DNA from: Eledone cirrhosa
Taxonomy: Eukaryota
Reading direction: 5' to 3'
Assembly (NCBI GenBank): GCA_964016885.1
Contig: OZ024741.1
Coordinates: forward strand, 72,292,001 to 72,356,000
DNA: 64,000 nucleotides
This document shows, piece after piece, positions 38,404 through 49,493 of this stretch; the first letter of the stretch is position 1; each line of letters starts with the position of its first letter. The notes under the pieces are model-generated. The model saw nothing but the letters and a program-made list of their open reading frames with translations. It did not search any database and had not been told where the DNA came from. The translations under genes and the position numbers were made by a program.

Positions 38404-41400
38404 GACGCGTATAACATCGGCTCCTGCCTTTTTGAATTTTTACCCATTGACAGTAAGTGTTTGTCTCTTTATTGTGTTGTCTTCGTGCCTTTTAACCACC
38501 CCGCTAGGACTGTAGACGGGTGGTCATCGTATTTTTACCCCCTTTGGGGGTAAAAACTACTCCAAAAATTTTTGCTGACTCACATGGTAAAAAATTGACG
38601 CCTTGTCTGTAGCACGTGTGGACGATAACGCCACGCTCACTAAGGAAGAAGAGAGAAAGAAGCAAGCGGTACAAAGCGTTTTGCTTTCTCGCGTCAATGT
38701 TTTAAAAGACTTTGTAAAAGGCGATATGCCGGACAAACAATTAAATATGGGTGCAAACCCAATTAATTACAACAAAAACACTAACAATGACAAAACCAAC
38801 ACACCAAATGAGAAAGACAACAACAACAAAAATGAAAATAACACAAACTACGAGAAACAGAACAACTCAAACACCAACAACGAAAACAAAATATCTTTTG
38901 CACTGACTGCTAAAATATCAGTCACCTATGTGCTTGAAGATATAACAAATGCAAAAGAAATGCTTGAAAAAGCAAAAAAATATGTATCGTTTGGCGAAAA
39001 TGGATCTTTTTCCATCAATTCGCCCCCAGAACTAAAAAAACAGACGGAATTACGAACTGTTGTATTCCGTACAATTGCAAACAAAACAAAAAACCAGCAC
39101 AACCATCTCAAGCTGAAATTCAGTTGGTCCTGAAAGAGGCTATGAAAGACATAATTTTCATACAAAAGGATAAACTCTATGGGAGTTTATCCATATTGAT
39201 GAAAGACGAATTGGCGGCGAAAAAATACTCTGTGTCGCCAATTCGTTCCACACATTACACCTTTTCCCCCACCTACATGGGTAAAAAACCCCAAAGAATT
39301 TGGATAACCACCACCACTCCAAACATAAACTACTGGTGGTTACTAAACGGTTTCTTCAACTTGGACGAGGACAAACTTATATCAATAGGGAAGGCATCCG
39401 GCGACGCGTTCAGTGGAACGAGCATTGAAGTTCTGACCCAAATAAGGCCAGAACGTATCGCCCAAATCCCTGAGCGCGTCTTGCTGGATGACCGTACCCA
39501 CCTCAACATTATTGTGGAGGGTAGGCGTCCCTCCTGTTACCTCTGTGGCAATAGAGGTCACCTGAGGGCTGCTTGTCTCCAGCTCACACCGAAAAAAACA
39601 TTGCTACCAACACCCCAACAACCAACACCACCACCACCACAACAACAACAACAAAAACAACCACAACAACAACAGCAACAAAAACCAACAACACCACCAC
39701 CACAACAACAACAAACACGTGAAAAAACAACACAGAACACTGTCCCACCCAACCCCTCCCCACCCAAAACAAATACAAAAACACACACACCGCAAACACT
39801 ACCAGAAAATATACCCCTCCCACCCAACAAGGAAGACGAACTCCTTTCGTCGCAAGACGAAAAAGATCCCTTCCAAATAGTAAAAAGAAAGAAGAGGAGG
39901 CGCACCACAGACACACTTATTAACATTAACCCTCCCCAAGAGAAAACAAACTATATACAAACCACCCCTCCCCGTCACACAACACTAACTGCTACGCAAA
40001 AAAAGACTTTACAATATACATATATGAACACAGACAACAAAGAACTAATGAACACAATTTCGTCAAACCCTTCGGTCCAAACGGAAGGGCCTAACTTTCT
40101 AACTGCTGTGGGACTACCTCATTTACAAATGATTAAAGTCCCAATGAACTTATACAAAACGTTGAAAATAAATTTCACGGAGGACGTGGCCCCCCCCCCT
40201 GCTCCAAGCCAATCAACCGCGTCCTCCTAAAAAATTTCCCCACCCCCTACCCAGACACCCACTCAACCACAAACACCCCAACCCCATAACACACTGATGC
40301 CCCTACACTCCCCCCCAACAACCCATCCCCAACCCTCATGGAAATTGAGCGGCCCGCTCCCCGGGACGCAGAGAGGTAAGTGCCTTTTCTCTTCACCACC
40401 AACATGGCTGTGCTGAGAGTAGGGTGTCTAAATGCGCGTGGCCTGGGCTCACCTTGGAAGCAAGCAATGCTTCTAAATGACCTCAGGGCACGATCTATAA
40501 ATGTGATGGTTATCTGCGAGGCCCGGATCAGCAGCATGCGACAGCTAGCCCCCACCTTTGATGACTTTGAGATGCACGCATCTCTCTGTCAGCCCAGAGG
40601 TGGGGGTGGGGTTGTCGTTCTGCTGCAAAAACATCTGGGTCTCGCCACACAGATAGTTCACTTGGACCCAGGGGGTCGACTGATGGTGCTAGACCTTGGC
40701 AGTGGTGAAGGTCGGGCCTTTAAGCTGGTAGCCGCATATGCCCCTTTTGGGACAGAGCGTCCCGACTTTTTCCAGCGTCTGGAGTCTTTTCTAGGGACGT
40801 CCCGTTCCCTGCTTTTAGTGGAGGACTGGAATGGTATCCTGGATGCACGTTGGGACTATGCAGGGGCATGTCCCGATAGAGAGGGGTGCAACAGCCTCAA
40901 GGGGTTACTCGGCCGATTTAACCTGGCCGATAGATTTCGACTAGATTTTCCGACGGTGCCAACCTGGTCTTGGTCAAATCGCAGCGGTCAATCTAGATCG
41001 TACCTTGATAGGTTCTTAGTTAGGAATAAGGACAGGGACATTTTAAGTTGTTCAGAAATGCTCATGGTTGGCTATTCAGACCACAAGTTGGTGACCTGCA
41101 TGGTCAACCTTGATAGAACGCATAGACAGGGACCCGGTTACTGGAAGCTGAACTTGTCCTTACCGGCAAGTAAAGCTTACAGGGACCGGATTAGTACGTT
41201 AGTTAAGGAGCGGTTGACTGGAGCGATCGTCAACAGCAGGTGGTGGGTATCTCTAAAGAGAGAGATTAGAGTAGTCTCGATAGAATTTAGTAAAGTTCTA
41301 GCTGCGGATAGGAATAAGAAGGAAAGGGAGCTGATAGATAGAGTAGAAGAGGCAATTAGAAGAGGCGCCGTGGCCAGAGTGCTAGCGTCGAGAACGGCTT

Positions 41401-42862
41401 TGAGCCAGTTTTTCGACGCGAAGCACGAAGGCTGCGTTGTCCGAAGTAAAATACGTGCTCTAGGGAACGAGGGGACCAAAGCTGTTAGCTGGGCCCGCGT
41501 GACAGAAGCCAAGAGTGGAACTAAATCCACCATCCCGTCTTTGCGAGACTAGGATGGACAAATATAGCGATCCTATATAGCGTCCGTCATCTACTACCGC
41601 CTGACCGTTGTACCTTGCCCAAGGGAAACCCTCGCCAAGATAGAGCGCGCACTCTTCCAATTCCTTTGGAAGAAGCGGGCTCCTTTGGTGAGGAGATCCA
41701 TCTGCTGTCAACACCCTTCGAAAGGAGGGCTGGGGATGCCGTGGCTAATGATGCGTAAACACGCATTAAGGCTACGGCACCTCCACGTATTCCTCACCGG
41801 TCAACCGGTGTGGGACTCGTTTGTGAGACGAACCTTTCCCAGACTCGTCTCACTCACCGAGATGCAATCGTAGGTCAAGCAAAGACCGAGAAAACTGGGC
41901 GCCTGGCACACTGAGTGTGCCCAGGCGCTCACCGCCCTCTGGCAGGTGGACCCGGTTATCAGTGGAGACTCCACCGCGACATTCTATAGAGGGCTGGTAC
42001 GCAGCAGGTGCGACGACGCCCTCGGAGAAGCCCTAGACATGGAGGAAGACGAACTGGCTAACCTGTTGGGTAGAACATTCATCCCGGGACCTATGGACAA
42101 CTTCCAGAATTTCCTGGCCTGGCAGTGCTACCGAGGGGCTCTACCCGTTCGAGAAAAACTCTACAGACACGGGCGCCCGGGTAGGGACCCCGCCCAAAAG
42201 ATCTGTCCCAGATGCGTGTGCGACGAGGAAACCGTTGTACACTGCTCGGGCGTAGCCGATCTGTGGGGCTATGTCGAACAACTGCTGTCAAGGGTGGGAC
42301 CAATCCGGTTGACCACCGAGTCTATTGTAACGATCAAGCCGCCTCCTCCCTTCAAAAATGAAGGAGAGGCGGTGTTTCTGTGCGTAATAGCCATGGTGAA
42401 AGAGGTTGTATGGTGGACGCGTCTGAAAGGACTGAGGTCAGGCACCTTTCTCTCTGGCCAACAACTAGTCCGTTTCTTCCGATATCATTTCGGAAGAAGG
42501 ATCAGGATGGAGAGAGGGGTGCTCCACCCCAGTTGTTTTTATGAAAGGTGGGTGAAAGTGGCGAGAATGGCCCGTGTGAATGGGCCTTCTCTTTACATCA
42601 GCCTGTAGGTGGAAAAGAAGAAGGAACGAGGGAGCACCCTCTCTCTGTGCTCCTGAGGAGAAGGTGTTGCACACTTTTTTCGGGGGTGTGTGCGACCCCC
42701 CAAACGCCCCCTCCCTATTGAGGACTTTATTGTTAATTTTATATTTGTTATTTGTTTTCTTTACTCGCCTTTTTGTGTAAACTCCCCCCATTGTACTTGT
42801 CCCACTTTTTGATGCCCTGGTGGCAAATAAAAAGGAAATTATCTATCTATCTATGTATCTAT
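38404..42862 (+). mobile_element. Tx1-like copy E: both ends intact, RT domain deleted
   Basis: 5' GACGCGTATAACATCG. ORF1 ~38603-40379 with frameshifts; APE ORF 40404-41552; ~1.2-kb deletion at 41560; C-terminus ends at 42608. Confidence 0.93.
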
Positions 42863-44651
42863 GGGGTGCCCTCTCTCCTCACTTCTGTATATAATAACTC
42901 TAGAGCCACTGCTGCGTAAGTTGGAGTTGTTGCAGGGCATCCCGTTGGAACCGGGATTGCGGAAAGCGGTGTCAGCCTACGCCGATGACGTAACAGTAAT
43001 GGTGTCGACGGCCTCGGAAATCGGGGCGATCGGCACCTTACTGGAGGAGTACGAAAGATTTACAGGGGCTAAGCTGAACCGGGACAAGTCGATCGGTCTG
43101 CAACTCGGCACGTGGAGGGGCAGATCGATGCCCTCCGATGACGTCGTCGGGCGCTGGACGGAGGGCCCGGTGAAGTTGCTCGGGGTCTGGTTCGGACCAG
43201 ACCTCCAGGTGGAGAAGAACTGGGGTGAGGTAATCAACAGGGTGTTTGCACTGACCCAGAAGTGGGCCAAGTGCAAACTGTCCCTGAAAGGTCGGGCGGA
43301 GGTGGCGAACACTTATATAGCGTCCGTCATCTACTACCGCCTGACCGTTGTGCCTTGCCCAAGGGAAACGCTCGCCAAAATGGAGCGCGCACTCTTCCAA
43401 TTCCTTTGGAAGAAGCGGGCTCCTATGGTGAGAAGATCCATCTGCTGTCAACACCCTTCGAAAGGAGGGCTGGGGATGCCGTGGCTAATGATACGTAAAC
43501 ACGCATTAAGACTACGGTACCTTCAGGTATTCCTCTCCGGTCAACCGGTGTGGGCCCCGTTTGTGAGGCGAGCCTTTCCCAGACTCGTCTCACTCACCGA
43601 GCTGCAATCCTGGGTCAAGCAAAGAACGAGAAAACTGGGCGCCTGGCACACCGAGTGTGCCCAGGCGCTCACGGTCTCTGGCAGGCGGACCCGGCTGTCA
43701 GTGGAGAATCCACCTCGTCTATAGAGGGCTGGTGGTTAGCAGGTGCGACGACGCCCTCGGAGAAGCCCAAGGCATGGAGGAAGACGAACTGGCAAACCTG
43801 TTCGGTAGGACATTCAGCCCGGGACCCATGGATAACTTCCAGAGGTCCCTGGCCTGGCAATGTTACAGAAGGGATCTGCCCGTTCGAGAAAGGCTCTACA
43901 GACACGGGCGCCCGGGTAGGGACCCCTTGAAAAAGATCTGTCCCAGATGCGTGTGCGACGAGGAAACCGTTGCACACGCATTGGTACACTGCTCGGGCAT
44001 TGCCGATCTGTGGGGCTATGTCGAACAACTGCTGTCAAGGGTGGGACCGATCCGGTTGACCACCGAGTCTATTGTAACGATCAAGCCGCCTCCCCCCTTC
44101 AAAAATGAAGGAGAGGCGGTGTTTTTGTGCGTAATAGCCATGGTGAAAGAGGTTGTATGGTGGACGCGTCTGAAAGTACTGAGGTCAGACACCTTTCTCT
44201 CTGGCCAACAACTGGTCCGTTTCTTCCGATATCATTTCGGAAGAAGGATCAGGATGGAGAGAGAGGTGCTGCACCCCAGCCATTTTTATGAAAGATGGGT
44301 GAAAGTGGCGAGAATGGCCCGTGTGAATGGGCCTTCACTCTACATCAGACTATAGGTGAGGAAGATGAAAGACCAAGAGAGCACCCCTTCTCTGTGCTTC
44401 TGAGGAAAAGGGTTGCACACTTTTTTTCGGGGGTGTGTGCGACCCCCCAAGGCGCCTCCTCTCTATTGAGGACTTTGTTATAAATTTTATTTTTTGTCAT
44501 ATATTATTTTATTTTTATTTTTATATATTGTTATTGCCACCTCCTTATTGAGGACGCCTTGTTTTGTAAACTCCCCCCATTGTACTTGTCCCGCTTTTGA
44601 TGCCCTGGTGGCAAATAAAAGAAACATATCTATCTATCTATCTATCTATCT
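42863..44651 (+). mobile_element. Tx1-like copy F, 5'-truncated at the RT GCPLS motif
   Basis: ORFs 42861-43724 and 43657-44355; C-type 3' UTR. Confidence 0.95.
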
Positions 44652-45715
44652 TTGTGAGACGAACCTTTCCCAGACTCGTCTCACTCACCGAGCTGCAATC
44701 CTGGGTCAAGCAAAGACCGAGAAAACTGGGCGCCTGGCACACTGAGTGTGCCCAGGCGCTCACCGCCCTCTGGCAGGCGGATCCGGTTATCAGTGGAGAC
44801 TCCACCGCAACATTCTATAGAGGGCTAGTACGCAGCAGGTGCGACGACGCCCTCGGAGAAGCCCTAGACATGGAGGAGGACGAACTGGCCAGCCTGTTCG
44901 GTAGGACATTCAGCCCGGGACCTATGGACAACTTCCAGAAGTCCCTGGCCTGGCAGTGCTACCGAGGGGCTTTACCCGTTCGAGAAAGGCTCTACAGACA
45001 CGGGCGCCCGGGTAGGGACCCCGCCAAAAAGATCTGTCCCAGATGCGTGTGCGACGAGGAAACCGTTGCACACGCATTAGTACACTGCTCGGGCGTAGCC
45101 GATCTGTGGGGCTATGTCGAACAACTGCTGTCAAGGGTGGGACCGATCCGGTTGACCACCGAGTCTATTGTAATGATCAAGCCGCCTCCCCCCTTCAAAG
45201 ATGAAGCAGAGGCGGTGTTTCTGTGCGTAATAGCCATGGCGAAAGAGGTTGTATGGTGGACGCGTCTGAAAGGACTGAGGTCGGGCACCTTTCTCTCTGG
45301 CCAACAACTGGTCCGTTTCTTCCGATATCATTTCGGAAGAAGGATCAGGATGGAGAGAGAGGTGCTGCACCCCAGCCGTTTCTATGAAAGATGGGTGAAA
45401 GTGGCGAGAATGGCCCGTGTGAATGGGCCTTCACTCTACATCAGACTATAGGTGAGGAAGATGAAAGACCAAGGGAGCACCCCTTCTCTGTGCTCCTGAG
45501 GAGAAGGGTTGCACACTTTTTTCGGGGGTGTGTGCGACCCCCCAAGGCGCCTCCTCTCTATTGAGGATTTTGTTAAAAATTTTATTTTTTGTTATATCTT
45601 ATTTTATTTTTATATTTTGTTATTGCCTCCTCCTTATTGAGGACGCCTTTTTGTGTAAACTCCCCCCTTTGTACTTGTCCCACTTTTGATGCCCTAGTGG
45701 CAAATAAAAGAAATA

Positions 45716-45774
<59 letters not shown>
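44651..45774 (+). mobile_element. Tx1-like copy G, 5'-truncated
   Basis: ORF2 C-terminus to 45451; 3' end GTGGCAAATAAAAGAAATA(TATC)n. Confidence 0.95.
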
Positions 45775-46165
45775 TACTCTTGCTTGATGGGTCTGGGGTA
45801 ATCTTGGTCAGTAGTCCCTGAAACGTACGTAGAGCCGACCAAGTCCTCTGGAGCCCTCCATCACTGGTGGTCCTGTACCAGCCTCTCTGCGTCCTTCAAG
45901 TTGACATCGAGCCTCTGGAGATCTTTCTTAATCAGAGTACACCGCAGGTTTCTTCCCGTCCTCCACGCGACACCGTGAACGAGAGTAAAGGCCCTGGTAG
46001 GGTGATTTGGCGGGAGGTGAAGTACATGTCCGTACCAGCGGATGCCGTGGATGGCTATGAGGTGCTGGTGGTGGTAGGGGGGGGGGGCTGCGGGTTGATG
46101 CGTATCCGCACGTAGCTCTGCGTTGGAGACGTGATGATAACACCTGATTTTCTCGATGGTTCATT
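45775..46165 (-). mobile_element. RTE-clade LINE 3' fragment
   Basis: The minus strand translates in pieces as KIRCYHHVSNAELRADTHQP, IRWYGHVLHLPPNHPTR and LIKKDLQRLDVNLKDAERLVQDHQ*WR, typical of the RTE C-terminus. It ends CAAGCAAGAGTAA followed by (TAGA)n. Confidence 0.75.
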
Positions 46166-46414
46166 GTTGGATTAAAAAAAAAAATTATTCGATGATTTTG
46201 GTAGATCTAATAGTTAATTTCATATGAGCTGTATCTGTCTTAAACCTCCGAATGACTCTAATACAGCAGACTAGCAGGGACGTCATTTTCTCGTCAGTTG
46301 ATCATGTATTTACAAGGAGCCATCATAACATTATAATACAGCACACGTAATCAAATTAGATAGAAAAACATTAGTTGACAATACTATAATTCTATATAGA
46401 AATCTGCAAAACAT

Positions 46415-46945
46415 GATTGACTATGATGGTGATGATAGTGATTGTTGTGATGGTGATGGTCATTGGAGTGATAATGATGTTGGTGGTATTGATTGTGCCG
46501 GTAATGATGGTGATGATGATGTTGACAACGGTGTTGTATGTATGTATATATTTATATCTATAATTTCTACATTCGTAAATTTGATGCATGCGCGAGGGTG
46601 CAACCCATGGTGGTGATGAGGGTAACGGGGTAGATGATGGTGGTGATGACGGTTGTGATGACGATGGTGATGACGATGGTGATGATTCGGATGACATCAC
46701 TATGATGTTAATGATGACGGTGATGGTAATGATAATGGTGATGATGATGATAATAGTGATGATGTTTGTAATGTTGTTGATTATGGTGGTGATGATGGTA
46801 ACGATGATCGTGATGATAGTGATGATGGTAACGATGGTGATGATGATAATGAAGGCGGTGATACTTACAGTGATGGTGGTGGTGATGGCGTTGACAATAG
46901 TGATGGCGATGGGGATGATGACAATAACGGTGGTGATGATAGTGA
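46415..46945. repeat. Degenerate (GAT/GGT)n
   Basis: Direct reading. Confidence 0.9.
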
Positions 46946-47268
46946 CGCCGGCGGTTGGGTGCCGTCAGTATTGTCTGGTAGACATCGTGGAATGCCAGTT
47001 ATTCAAAACTAACCACACTGAGGTCGATCTGCTAGGCTGAAATGTAGTAGCAATGGTGTCACCCTGAGCACCACGCTCTGCTAATCTTTCTATGAGATCC
47101 GTTTGAAGTTATTGCCTAGCCAGGGTGTGGCGTGGGGCGACATAAAATGACATTTCTGGCTTTGATCGGTTTTTATGAAATAGAAAATAAAACAGCAAGA
47201 AATAGTGGTGTTAGCGGCAGAGTTGTTGTCGGTGGTTTATCTACATACATACATAAATATATATACAG

Positions 47269-47326
<58 letters not shown>

Positions 47327-47329
47327 TGT

Positions 47330-47363
<34 letters not shown>

Positions 47364-47640
47364 GGCGCGTGGCCTACTGGTTAGAGAATTCAGCTCACGA
47401 ACGTAAGGTTGTGAGTTCGATTCCCAGCGACGTGTTGTCTCCTTGAACAAGACACTTTATTTCACGTTACTCCAGTCCACTCAGATGACAAAACGTTGTA
47501 CCCGTAATTCGAATGGGGTTGTCTTGTTACGTTCTGTGTCATGCAGAATTTCTCTGAATCTCCTTAATTTCACGAGTAGGTTGTTCTATTGATCTAATCA
47601 GTTGGAACACCAGTCGTCGTAACCGACGGAGAGCCAGATT
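47364..47640 (+). mobile_element. Second tRNA-derived SINE family (CORE-like); related copy at ~59365-59650
   Basis: GGCGCGTGGCCTACTGGTTAG A-box, GAGTTCGATTCC B-box, CCTTGAACAAGACACTTTATTTCAC core. Confidence 0.8.
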
Positions 47641-47830
47641 GTATATATGTGCGTATGTATGTATGGCGAGGAGGGTGATTTTGGACACCCTGCAGGACAA
47701 AGAACAAAACCTGACAAAGGGCGGACGAATTCATAAGAGTCAATATCCATCCAAAAATGTGTAAATATATACATATACATATATATATATATGTATATGC
47801 GTTTATGCATCTATAAATATGTGTATATAT

Positions 47831-48395
47831 GCGCGGGGATATAGAATTAATCGGGCTGGATACCCGATCACGCGCTTAAACCACTGGGAGTGAAGGACCC
47901 CTAGCCTTTGTCAGGGCATTCTTCTAGGAGAAGGCAACTCAGGAAACTGGGATAAATCCAATATAAAACCTGCGGCTCAGTAGTTACCGATGATGTTGAT
48001 CTTTTCTTCTTTTCGGGTTATAGCTACTGTCTCTCAGAGAGTGGAATTGGTTCAGTGCACAGTCTTTCCTCACTAAAAAAAAATCTTCACGCACAGGCAT
48101 TGCACAATAGAATTAACTAATTTTTTCTACTTTTGGCACAAGGCCAGCAATTACCAAGTGCATTACTGGTACTTTATTTTATCGACCCCGTAAGGGTGAA
48201 AGGCAAAGTTAACCTCGGCGGGATTTGAACTCAGATCGTAAAGGGACGTACATAGAATTAATTAATAATTATTAATAATGTTATATCGTTCAATGGCCAT
48301 ACTCGATAACGAGGGGGTAGCCATCATCATGTATGTATGTATGTATGTATGTATGTATGTATGTATGTATGTATGTATGTATGTATGTATGTATG
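47831..48395 (+). mobile_element. Non-autonomous retroelement (family of 14430-14850) with nested SINE (48120-48252, -) and (TATG)n tail
   Basis: Homology to 14430-14850; ends GGGGGTAGCCATCATCA(TGTA)n. Confidence 0.75.
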
Positions 48396-48840
48396 ACCCC
48401 TTAGCCTTTGTCAAGGCAGAATTCTAGGAGAAGGAAAACTGATATAACACCTGCAACCCTGATGGTATCCAATGATGTTGACTTGTTCTTCTTTTTGGTA
48501 AATATCTTGGTTAAGAGAGTGGGACTGGCTTTGTGCAGTGCCTTTGCTCACTATAAAAGCTTCACGGTACAGGCATTGCTTTATATCTGGAGATCTCTCT
48601 GCACTTGTCATCACACGGTACCATGGGCCCAGCACTCTGTGTCAGTAATTGTCACAAGTGTAGTGTTTGTACCAGAGTTTTCAAGTCGCTGGCTGGACTA
48701 AAAAGTCACACATGGATATAAAGTAGTTGCCGTACTCGAAAACGAGTTGGCAGCCACCATGTATGTATGTATGTATGTATGTATGTATGTATGTATGTAT
48801 GTATGTACGTATGTATTTATGTATTTATGTAGGGATGTAT
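48395..48840 (+). mobile_element. Diverged relative of the same non-autonomous family, with (TATG)n tail
   Basis: GACCCCTTAGCCTTTGTCAAGGCAGAATTCTAGGAGAAGGAAAACT...ACTCGAAAACGAGTTGGCAGCCACCA(TGTA)n. Confidence 0.7.
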
Positions 48841-48842
48841 GT

Positions 48843-49328
48843 TCTTCTGGTTTTATACTTTCACAAAGTTTTACCAATAGAGAGAGAGTCGGTTTCTAAC
48901 ATAGACACAAGACTCTCTCATTGGAATTTACACAACATCAACTAGGTAGATATGTATGTATGCATGCATGTGTAGATATGGATGTTATTGTATGTGTGGA
49001 TGTGTATGTTTTGAGTTGTATGTGTGCATGTGTATATGCTTAGTATCTGTACATGTGTATATGCAGTTATTAGATGCAACATTTTTGGAATGTTTTACAT
49101 ATTTTTACTGTTCCATTAATGGATTGTACTTGTAGTTTCCTAACTAGTTGTGTTATTTCTGTTCCAGTGAAGCCTAGCTTCTCAAGATTTGTATTGAGGC
49201 AGTTACTAACATATCCCAGTGCCCCAATAATCACAGGCATAAATCTGAAGGTGTAATCAGGGTGGAGTATCTGCAGATTTCTCATCAGTTCTGCATAAAT
49301 ATTCTCCTTTTCACTAATCTTTGATATT
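48843..49328 (-). mobile_element. 5'-truncated R4/Dong-like element (RLE C-terminus plus 3' UTR) between (ACAT)n tracts
   Basis: ORF 49070-49285(-) FMPVIIGALGYV...GTVKICKTF is homologous to the end of 49574-50086. Confidence 0.85.
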
Positions 49329-49493
49329 GTATGTATGTATGTATGTATGTATGTATGTATGTATGTATGTATGTATGTATGTATGTATGTATGTATGTAT
49401 GTATGTACGTATGTATGTATATACGTACGTACGTACGTACGTAGTATGTATGTATGTATGTATGTATGTATGTATGTATGTATGTATGTATGT

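Larger units (their letters stand above)
21869..45774 (+). mobile_element. Tandem array of Tx1/L1-group LINEs inserted in (TATC)n
   Basis: Seven large co-oriented copies plus two stubs. (TATC)n spacers lie at 21869-21949, 23752-23804, 23842-23860, 32614-32698, 38369-38392, 42840-42862, 44627-44651 and 45716-45774. Confidence 0.93.

Noticed and set aside
21855-46395. Possible TSD around the RTE plus Tx1 array (CATACTTATAAT vs CAATACTATAAT at ~46379)
   Set aside because: Imperfect, AT-rich and ~200 bp away from the apparent RTE 5' end.
46588-47040. Met/Val hydrophobic ORF
   Set aside because: (GAT/GGT)n low complexity.
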